Positions 34,052 to 44,617 of a DNA stretch of 64,000 nucleotides are shown piece by piece; the first letter of the stretch is position 1; each line of letters begins with the position of its first letter. This DNA is from Azolla caroliniana. Taxonomy: Eukaryota > Plantae > Polypodiophyta. The stretch is from contig JBHGNT010000014.1 of the NCBI GenBank assembly GCA_043228905.1, forward strand, positions 9,858,001 to 9,922,000. The letters run 5' to 3'. Both the position numbers and the translations under genes were made by a program. Under the pieces are notes generated by a model. That model had not been told where the DNA came from. It saw only the letters and a program-made list of their open reading frames with translations, and did not search any database.

Positions 34052-36186
34052 CCTAGCGCGCCCGTGGGACAGAGCCTTGCACGTCGAACCCAAAAAACAT
34101 CTAATGAATCAGAAATTGATAATATACATTATTCTTCTTCCAAAATAGGCAAGATGCTCGTTGATTGTTGTGAGTCTTTGTCTTTGTCAATGAAATTGGT
34201 TGATAGTTCAGTTTGTGTCGCTTGCTCCTCGGTCATGGGTTGTTCCTCTTGCATTTCCTCTTCCATAGTTGCTTGTTGCCCATTGGTTCATTGATTGCAA
34301 CATCCAGTTCAGGGTGATGGTCAACCAAGTCCCCTTGCTCCTATTCCTGATTTTTTAGCTCCGCTTTTATTTTCTCTGCGTTTCCAACTTTTGCCACTAG
34401 CTCGAGCGTGCACTCTTGGGGAACTTCTTCTTCTTCATTTGTTGGGACCTCAGTTGCATTTTCAGCATGGAGTTACTACCGTTCGTGACGTTCTAAGTCG
34501 AGGGTGAGTTGCAGTTGGCCGTCCTCGAAGTCCTGGAGGAGTTTCTTGACCTCCTCGATGTGGGTCTGGGCAAGGGAGGAGAATTACTCGGAGCAGTTGG
34601 ATGCTATTCTCATCCATCTTGTAAAATCCTTGGCCCTCCTTTTTGCGATTCTCATGATCAGTGCAGAATATTTGTAATTCAGCCGCTTGGGCCGACCACA
34701 CATTCCATCCGTGAGTACAAGCGTTGTCGATGCTTGGTTATTAAAGCTTTAATCTGAATTTTTCTCATCTCGCTTTGTGCTCGGAACTCCTGCAGATCCC
34801 CGACGAAGTCAACATGTTGGGTGTACATTGCTTCCATTTGAGCCCTCATTTCCTTTAGTCGGTCCTTGTGGTGCTCGTGTTCTTGCTCTAGTTGTCGCGC
34901 CAACCGAAACTTAGCTTCTACAATGGCATTGCAGGTATAGGTGAGTTTGTGTCGATACGTCTCAATTTCGTTGCGTTGAAGCTAATTGCGAATTTGGAGG
35001 TCGAGCATCTGTTGGTGGTATCGATTGAAATCGACCAACAACGTGTTGTGTGTAGAATTCGGCAACTATACAAATAGAGAATGATTGCTAGAGAGAGATA
35101 TATATCACACATACATAATTTGTTCTATATTAATTGTATGATGTTACATTAGCCAAATGGCTTGTTTGTAGAGCCGATGGACAAAAAGTTATGTCTCTTC
35201 AATGAAGAGTTTTCTCTAAAGTGTAATTGTAAATAACTCTTCGTAATTACTTATTTTAATAATAATAATAGCAATATTAATAATATAATATTTAGATTAA
35301 ATATTTCCACACCCCCCCTAAAGCTAAATATTATTTTATTCAAAAGTATTGTCGTTCGAAGAATAGTTTGGCATTGTAAGAACAATCTTTCGACAACAAG
35401 CAGCATGCTTTGTTTGAGGTACTGGCTTTGTTAGAAAATCGGCCCACATTAGTGTTGTAGACGCATACTTCAAATCTAGCTTCTTCTCTTCAATTAAGTC
35501 TCGTAGAAAATGATGCTTGAAAGAGACGTGTCGAATATTATCACTCATTTTCGGAGTACAAGCTAGCTTTATGCATGACTGATTATCACAATGAAGGATT
35601 AGCTTTGAAGTCTTAAACAAGTTAAGTTCTTCAAGTATAGAATGAATCCATATTCCTTCTTTTGCAGTAAGTGCGGCGGCTACATATTCAGCTTCTGTTG
35701 AAGATAGAGCGACCGTTGTTTGCTTCTTAGAACTCCATGCTATAGCGGCTCCGACGAGACAATATACGAAGCCACTTGTTGACTTACGACCATCAATATC
35801 CCCTCCCCAATTTGAATCCGTCCAACCCGACAATTGTGATGGATTGGTCCATCCTTCAAGATTCATGTTGACAGATTCTGATTGTGATCTAGAGTAAGTT
35901 AACACCATATCTTTTGTTCGTTTTAGGTAACGTAGTAGTCGTTTTAAAGCTTGCCAATGTTTCGGTCCCGGATCTTGCATAAATCTTGAAAGAATTCCAG
36001 CGGTGAAACATAAATCAGGACGTGTACAACTAACAAGGTAGCGTATACATCCAAGAATTTGCTTGTAAGGAACATTGAGCATTTCATCTCGTTCTTTAAT
36101 AGTTCTTGGAGCATCTTCGAGTGATAATTTGCATGGAGTTGACATTGGTGTAGAGATAGGCTTGCAATGTAGCATATCAAAACGTT

Positions 36187-38703
36187 TTAATACACTTTCA
36201 ATGTATTGAGTTTGGGAAAGAGAAATGGTTTGGCACGATCTCTTTGTAAGTTCATTCCAAGGAAATACTTCATTGGACCAAGGTCAGTTATTGGAAAAGC
36301 TTGTTGAAGTTCCTTCTTTGCAAGTTGTAGATACGTTAGTGAGTTGGCAAGTAGAGGTAAGTCGTCGACATAAACACCAATTATGATGAAATTATTCTTA
36401 GATCTTTTAATGTATACATTTGGTTCATTCTTTAATCTTTTATAACCATTGTTAGTTAGAAAATTATGAAGTCGATGATACCAAACTCGTGGAGATTGTC
36501 GTAGACCATATAAGGATCGATGTAGGCGACATACAACGTTTGGTCGAGTTGAATCTTCAAAATGCGGTGGTTGTTGCATATAGATCTCTTCTTCAAGTTC
36601 TCCGTGAAGGAAAGCGGTTTGAACATTTAAGTGATGGAGTTCCAAATCAAGTTCGACGGCGAGAGAGACAAATATGCGACATGTGATACTTCGCAATGTA
36701 GGGCTAAATGTATCTTTGAAGTCGATTCCAGGAATTTGCGAAAACCCACGAGCTACGAGACGAGCTTTGAAACGTACAATATTTCCATTAGCATCGGTCT
36801 TCTTTCGAAGAACCCACTTACATCTAACAATTTGTCGATTAGGTGGTGGATCGACAATGCTCCAAGTTTTGTTCTTTAATAAGGTTGTCATCTCTTCTTC
36901 CATGGCAGCTCTCCATTTAGGGCCATCGGTACCAGATAACGCTTCTCTAATGGTAATAATCAATTCATTTGTCGTATCCGGATCTTCTTCCATTATGAGA
37001 GCGTCTATATCGAGGTTCACAAAGTGTGCCTCGAATTGGTCGAGTTCCTTATAGATATCGGACAAGGAGCGCGTACGGCGAGGTGGTGAATTGTTATCAT
37101 ATGGGTTTGGAAAGTCTTGTGAGGATTGTGAATTTGAGTTGATTGATAAATCACTACTGGTGTCGGGTAAATCAAGATGAAATGACGGAATGATTTGATG
37201 GGTTTGAGGGCTTTCAAGGGTTTGGTGATTAGAGGCCGAGAAATTTGATAAAGAGATTGGTGAAGTGTTAAATGTATGTAAGTGTGGTGAAGACATGATT
37301 GATGGAGAGGATGTGTTTGTGAGGTCATTATAGTGTGTAGAGTTAGACGGTGTGAAACCACTATCAAAAGGTGGGTGCATGTAGTTAGTTAGTTGGGGTT
37401 GAGTAGTTGGTTTATGTGGGTTGGTTGGAGTTAAAGAAGTAATTTTCATTTTACTTTTATTTTTATTAACTTTAAATTTAAACATTGGTTTCTTGTGTAA
37501 ACGAAGCCATACGGGAGGAGTTCTTGGAGTAGAGGAGATGGGAGGAGATGCAAGTGGTAGATATATAGGAGAGATCAGAGGAGGTACAATGGGCTGATCA
37601 ACATGAATATAAGGATGAGGGATTACCACATAACAATCGACAACATCGAGGACGTCATCAGATTGAGAGGCGGCAACGATATTTGTGGCTGTTTTCGATC
37701 GATTGCTAGCGGCTATTGCAGCGGCATCAGGATTCTTTTGTCGGTGACAAGGGCGGCGATTGTGATCAGCAATGTTGTGTTGATAGAAAGAGGTGGCATC
37801 GGTGGTGGTGCTATATGGGAGGTGGCGATCGTCAACTACAACAGTTTTCTGTTGGCGGCAGGCTGTGGCGGCGGCGGCGGCGGCTCTGGTTGAGAGACGG
37901 CGGTCATCAGCAACGAGTTTCTGTTGGTGGCAGGCGGTGGCGGCAACGCTGGTTGAGAGGCTGCGATCGTCAGCAACAGAAGTTTTCTGTTGGCAGCAGG
38001 CAGCGATGGTTGGGAAGCAGCGGTCATCACCAATTTTCTGTTGGCGGGAGGTGGCGGCGGCAGTGCTGTTTGGAGAGTGACATACATCAACGACATCGTT
38101 GTTATGAGATTGGCGAACGATGGCAGCATCATCTTCTAATTGTTTGCCTCCTTCGCGAATATCATTTTTTAGGCTATGTCTTGGTGTTGTGGATTCAAGA
38201 AAGGTCGACTCATCAAATTTGACAGTACGACTGTAAAAAAAGGTTTTCTTGGTTGGATCAAATAAACGGTAAGCCTTGCAGCCGTTTGCATCTCCGTACC
38301 CAACGAAAATCGCTTTTCTTGCTCTTTGTTCTAACTTGGATCGTTTTTCAGCAGGAACAAAGGCGTAAGTAGGGCAACCAAAGATTTTGAGATCTTGCAT
38401 ATTTGGTTTTACTCCAAACCATAACTCGTATGGTGTGATTAACCCAAGTGTTCGATGATAGTTACGATTTTGGAGATAACATGCTGTTGCGACAGCTTCT
38501 TCCCAAAATGAGGGCGAAAGTGATGTGAGGTTCAACATGCTCCGAGCCGAATTAAGTAGTGTTCGATTTTTCCGCTCGGCTAGACCATTTTGTTGTGGTG
38601 TCGAAGGGACAGAAATTCGTTGTAAAATTCCATGGTCTTTACAAAATTTTGTAAACTTGTTAGATATATATTCTCCTCCCCCGTCATATTGTAGACATTT
38701 CAA
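36187..38703 (-). pseudogene. pol: INT-RT segment of copia G pol, with a long low-complexity spacer
   Basis: DGGGEY, PQQNGLAERKNRTL, ARLVARGFSQ, YGLRQSPR, YVDD; frameshift before the RH ORF 35336-36175. Confidence 0.9.
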
Positions 38704-39488
38704 TTGTAGATTTAGTTGTTTTTCTGTTAGTGCTTTATAATTTGTAAAAGCTGTGAAAGCTTGATATTTAGTTTTGAGGAATGTTAGTATAGTAAACCTT
38801 GTATAATCATCGATGAAACTAATGAAATATTTTGATTTAAAAAGTGATTGAGTTGGGAATGGACCGCATATGTCACTATGGACAAGTTCAAGTGGTCGAC
38901 TTCTTCGTGAGTTACTTGTAGGAAACTTTGATTATGCCATTTTGCCGAACAAGCACACCTCACATAGGTCAATTTTGGAAAACATATCCTTTGGGACTCC
39001 TTGAGCGAGCTTGTGAGTTTGAAGTGTTCGCATTGCAGCAAGGTGTGGGTGTCCGAGTTGATAGTGCCAAAGTAAGGTGAGTTCTTGTTGTCTTTCGATT
39101 TTGGTTGTATGAACTTCAATTTTTGATTGGGTTGTTGGATGTACACTAATTGGATATAACCCTCCTTGTCTTTTGCAGGAAGTTCATATCGTGAGACCAT
39201 TTGGTAGAAGATGACGAATACAGCTTGATTATGATGGAACTCGATGACGGTTCCATTAGAAGTTGCTTGACTTATCGAGAGAAGGTTCTTGGTGATACCA
39301 GGCACATGGTACACATCATTTATGGTGAAGTTTCCTCCTCCTGGAAGATGAAAAGTAAGTTGTCCTTTGCCTAGTGCTTGTTTTACTCCATTATTTCCAA
39401 ATCTAACAGTTATTGGATTTTGTAGGGGTGTGTACCTTTGAAGCCAATCTAATCAATGTGTGAGGTGGTTTGTCGCTCCAGTGTCGAG

Positions 39489-42400
39489 TGTTACCCCGTA
39501 CGAGATGTACGGAGAGTCAATGTGATGAGCGAGGGTCAAATGTTATCATGATGATTGTTCTGTGTGTGTAGGGGGCATAAATGTAATTGTGAGTCGATAC
39601 ATATGTGAACACATGCACACGTGTGTGCATGTGGATGGATACGAGGAGGTGTGAGTGAGTGTCCAGTATGAATGCTCTAGGGGGCTTACACCCCTTTGTA
39701 TCTACCCCCTCTTGTACTATTTAACCCCTTATGGGGAATGAATGAATGAATGAATCATTTCTCTCTATCTATCTCTCTTTTCATCTCTTTCTCTCTCTCT
39801 TCCCTCCCCTTAACGTTGAACCCCCTTGGGAGGGGGGTGGAGCCATTCTAGGCACCACCCCCCACACCGCAATGCTTCTCAATGATTCTCAACCTCTTCA
39901 TGATCTCTCTCACCATCATCACACCCACCATGTCTATCTTTATTATCAATCATCATGATTATCATCATCCTTTACCCTAACCCTAAAACGTATAACACCT
40001 TTTGGCAACCACTAAGCGACCCCCCTTTGGAGACGGAGTCGAAGAATAATACGCAACGAACAATGATGCAACCCTCATCAGCGCGAGAAGTCGAATCGAC
40101 GATGTGCGAGAACTGGTGGAAATATGAGAAAGATCAATGGCGTGATGAATATTCGCTGCAGAAGTATGCAAGAAAAGCGACAAATGATGGCAAGGATGTG
40201 CAGAAGAAGTCGGAAATGGAAGATTGACTGATGCACAATTCTACAACGAATTAATCTCTATATGTGTATGTTTTGTTTGGTCTGTTTTTGTCCTAAATGT
40301 CCGAGACATGTTGCCAAAGATGTGCAAAAACGATGACAATGCATGAGAGGAAGTCGCGAAATGATGGCGTTACGTGAGTGTGCGAGAATAGAAATGACAA
40401 TGTGCAAATGTGCGGTTAGCAATGACGTGTGTGTGCAAGAAAGCGTGCTGCAAGAGACAACCATGATGGCCAAGACAACCGACAACAGGATGGAGATGCC
40501 GGAAAGATGCTGCCGGACAGGCAATCAAAATAACCAGAATGGACAGACATGCCGGACAAGGCGACGGATGACGGCGAGAATAGCAACGGTGTTCGGAAGG
40601 TTGCAGAGACAAACGAAAAGACACAGAAGAACCGACTGCTAGAAAAAGGACCGGAACGAGCCCGGATAAGACGGTTCGATGGCTAGAAAAGCGACATCGA
40701 CAGAGGAAACGACCGGAGACGACCAGAGATGGAGTCCGCCATACAGCCAGCCAGATGGGCCGAACAGTCGGAACAGTGACGGAGTTGGGACGACGATCAA
40801 ACGGCGGTGGCCACATACCAACGGCTAAAGTGGTGGCGGACCAACAACGGCCAGGTCGGACAGAGACAACCGAATGTGTCGGACGATGGAGATAGCCGGA
40901 CCGACGACCGGACATCAACGGAAGAGTAACTGGAGAAGCGGTCGGACGAGCCAGACGGACAGCAGCCGACGGCCGGAAACCCTAAATAGACAGCCAGAGT
41001 TGCCGAAACGATGGGTTGGATGGCATCGGAGCCGGAGAAAGAGATGGAGAAACGGACACAAAGACGGAGCCGGCAGACAAGGCCGGACAGAGACAAACGG
41101 CAACGGCAACGGCAACGACGATGGAGCCAAAGATGGAAACAGAGACTAAGATAGCCAAATACTGAGATGGTGATGACAAACAATAGTGACGAAGACGGTG
41201 ACAATGAAAAATGGAAACGGTGATGACCGGACAGGGCCGATAGATACATAGATACGTCAAAGATTCCTAACGACGGGTGGAGAATCAACGGCCACAAAGC
41301 CGGGATGAAGACCGGACAATGGTGCGGCTGGCGAATGACAGGAACGATGGCCAAACAGCGACAGAAGCGGTTGTAATAGCCAGACGGCGCCGGAAAGCCC
41401 GCTGGAGTAGACGGCCGAGTGCAGACTGGCCGGATAGGGCCGACAAGGACGACGACAACGACAACGACAAATGGAAATGGCAACGACAATGGAGACAGAG
41501 ATGGCAACGACGATGGAGACATGGACGGATGACTAGCCGACAGAAGAGACAGCCGATGGAAGGAGAAATAACTAGAAGCAAACGCAGAAGAAGAAAAACA
41601 AGACAGACAAAATCATGAAAAAAAGAAGAAAGAAGAAGAAAGTGAGAAAGATGGAAAGAGGACGAAGAAAAACAGGAAGATGGAAAGATGGAAAGAGGAA
41701 GAAGAAGAAGAGAAGAAAGACGGAAAGATGAAGCAGTAGTAGAAGAACAAAGGAAAACGAGAAGAAGAGGAAGATGAAGGAGAAGGAACAGTAACAACAT
41801 AAGCAAGAATGAGAAAAAGATAGAAGAAAAGGCAGCGAAACAGGAACCAGTTCAGGAAGAAGAGGCAAGAAAAAGAAAAAGACAAAAACAAAAAAATGAG
41901 GGAAAAAGAGAATGATAAAAGAGCATCCAAGAAATTTCTAAACAATGAGGGCATCCGACAAATTTTCAAAAACCTGAGGGCATTGTCAAAATTTTAAAAA
42001 CATAAAGGGTATTCATAAAGATTTCATAAACATAAGGGTACAATATAAAATTTTAAAAACAAGCGGCACCACTAGAATTTTGAAAATCCCCAAGACTACT
42101 CACACACACTCAAAACAAAGGAAGAACACACATACATACGACATGATTTTGGACCCATGACGAAGTTCGTAAGCCGATAGAACGAGAATGTTTGTGTCGT
42201 GGACGATTTGCTGACCGACAAAGATGTTCGAGTCAAGCATTCCGATCGAGGGAGTCGATCGTTGAAAGGACCAATGGAAGTTCCGGTCGAAGAAATATCA
42301 TCATCAAGGCATGTGGGAACGACGTGCAAGGCACTTTCCCACGGGCGTGCCATATTGTGTTACCCCGTGCGAGATGTACGGAGAGTCAATGTGATGAGCG

Positions 42401-43263
42401 AGGGTCAAATGTTATCATGATGATTGTTGTGTGTGTGTAGGGGGCATAAATGTAATTGTGAGTCGATACATATGTGAACACATGCACACGTGTGTGCATG
42501 TGGATGGATACGAGGAGGTGTGAGTGTCCAGTATGAATGCTCTAGGGGGCTTACACCCCTTTGTATTTACCCCCTCTTGTACTATTTAACCCCTTATGGG
42601 GAATGAATGAATGAATGAATCATTTCTCTCTATCTATCTCTCTTTTCATCTCTTTCTCTCTCTCTTCCCTCCCCTTAACGTTTGTAAAAAGTAGCGTGCG
42701 GAAGCAAGTATGAAGACTGAACAGAAGGAAGGAAAAAACAGGTTCAATGGAGAGCTTGAGCTTAAGCAGTATACGCGGGAGAGACAGAGAGAGTGAGAGA
42801 GAAGACACAAAAAACTATATTCAACAATAATACCCAGTCTGTACATAAGACGTGCTCAGTGAGCACTTTTATACAAGTCCTAAAAGGACTGACCGAAGTA
42901 CTGACAATACTTCAATGCTCATCAAGAGCTCCTACACTAACTCCCAAATATATTCCTCACGGAATATCTTTCCTAACGACCTCCCGGTTTACGCACTCGG
43001 CCTAACCGATCGGTCCCAACCGATCCGGTCCTCGGCTTCTTCAGCCGATCCGGCCGATGTTGAGCTTGTCTCTCAACAACGTTGAACCCCCTTCGGAGGG
43101 GGGTGGAGCCATTCTAGGCACCACCCCCCACCCCGCAATGCTTCTCAATGATTCTCAACCTCTTCATGATCTCTCTCACCATCATCACACCCACCATGTC
43201 TATCTTTATCATCAATCATCATGATTATCATCATCCTTTACCCTAACCCTAAAACGTATAACA
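39489..43263 (+). mobile_element. Non-autonomous LTR element B inserted in the copia G protease
   Basis: Near-identical LTRs 39489-39997 and 42358-43263 (the latter split by a solo LTR); TSD TCGAG; PBS-like TGGCAACCACTAAGCGAC from 40003; purine-rich non-coding interior. Confidence 0.93.
42683..43078 (-). repeat. Solo LTR of the copia F family
   Basis: Reverse complement of a 27030-27454-type LTR (TGTTGAGAGACAAGCTCAACA start); TSD ACGTT. Confidence 0.9.
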
Positions 43264-43916
43264 TCGAGATACCATTTGTCATCCTTCTTCGTTGGTATAT
43301 CCGCTACAAGTGCTTCAGCCACAAAAGCTTGCATCAAGTCGTTGTAACCTTCTTCTTCATATTCATCCTTTTCTTTCATTGAGGCAACATAAACCTCTTC
43401 TTCTTCTTCTTCTTCGTCTTCTTCTTCTTCACCATTTCTCTCTTCCTCGAATTCTTCTACAATGTGCGCTTGTGGTCGACGAATGTTGCTTGGGAATCTT
43501 CGAATAGACTTTTGTTTTGCCTTACATTCTTGTGGTGTGTGGCCTGGTCTTTTGCAAATGTTACAATAAGACTTAGTGAACTTCATTCCTCCTTTAGTCA
43601 TAAGTGCATTAGTCCACTGACTCTTGAAACTCTTGAATCTTGCTTGTGATTTGTAATGAGGTCGATAGGCTGCCATAGTGATTGCTTATGTTGATGTGTT
43701 TTCTTCTCTTGTCTTTCTCATCGAGTCTTCTTGTCTTATGTCTCCCATGAGATCTTCCACAGTGGCTTTTTTATTTAAATTTTGTGTAGTCACAAAAGAT
43801 GACCAAGAAGAGGGTAAAGCTCCTAATAATAAACATCTTTGTAGTTTGTCGGAGATGTCCAAGCCAGACGTGATTGTGTCATCCAATTTCTTTTCCCAAG
43901 TTGTTAGAAAATTATC

Positions 43917-44617
43917 TGTTGGGAGACAAGTCCCTTCGGATGGGAAGGGAGAAGAACATTGCTGATGAACATACTCGGCCGAGGCCGAAACCGGATGAGG
44001 AGTACCCGGATACGGAGAGCCAGATGGTGTAGACCCGGTGAAGACCAGATGAGGAGCACCCGGCTACGGAGAGCCGGATGGTGCAGACCCGGTGAAGACC
44101 GGATGAGGAGTACCCGGCTACGGAGAGCCAGATGGTGCAGACCCGGTGAGAAGTGCTCACCGGATGAAGAGACATATTCGTAAATATGTTTCTGAGAGCC
44201 CATCATGGCTATATTTGTAAATAGCCGAAAAGTCATATTAGTATAAATATGACTTAGGGCAAACTTTTAGTTAACTGTCGTTGTTATATTCTTGTTGGTG
44301 CAAGAAAAGAGAGAGCGCGTAACAGTGTACAGAGAGAGAGAGAAAGAGGTCGTTGCCTCTGTTGTAACCGCCGCCTGTGGCGAGGATCGTGAGCACGAGG
44401 TCGTTGCCTCCGTGAACTCACTGTTGTACATTCTAGCATAGTGATAGTTTGCAGCCTGTGGGCTGCCGTGGTTTTTCCCTTGGTTTGGGTTTTCCACGTA
44501 AACATCCTGTGTACCCTCCTCTTCTTTGTGTCGTGTTTTATTTCCCGTTTTCTGTGTATGATTCTAAGCTCGGTTGTGGCCGAGCGTTGCGCATAAGGAG
44601 CGTTGCGGTTCCCGTCA
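43917..44617 (+). repeat. Solo LTR (54-bp-repeat family) in copia G gag
   Basis: TGTTGG...CGTCA; TSD TTATC; homologous to 17793-18646. Confidence 0.92.

Noticed and set aside
39972-39988. Telomere-like CCCTAACCCTAAA (also near 57762)
   Set aside because: Only about two units inside elements; consistent with telo-box-like or chance motifs.
40343-41969. Numerous overlapping ORFs in purine-rich or GC-rich interiors (also 18600-20960 and 28700-30100)
   Set aside because: Low-complexity composition with no domain motifs; they lie inside non-autonomous elements and are not host genes.
43962-43991. CTGATGA...CGAAAC resembling a hammerhead ribozyme core
   Set aside because: Eight extra nucleotides precede stem II, no clear stems I/III are present, and the motif is not conserved in the sister LTR at 17793.
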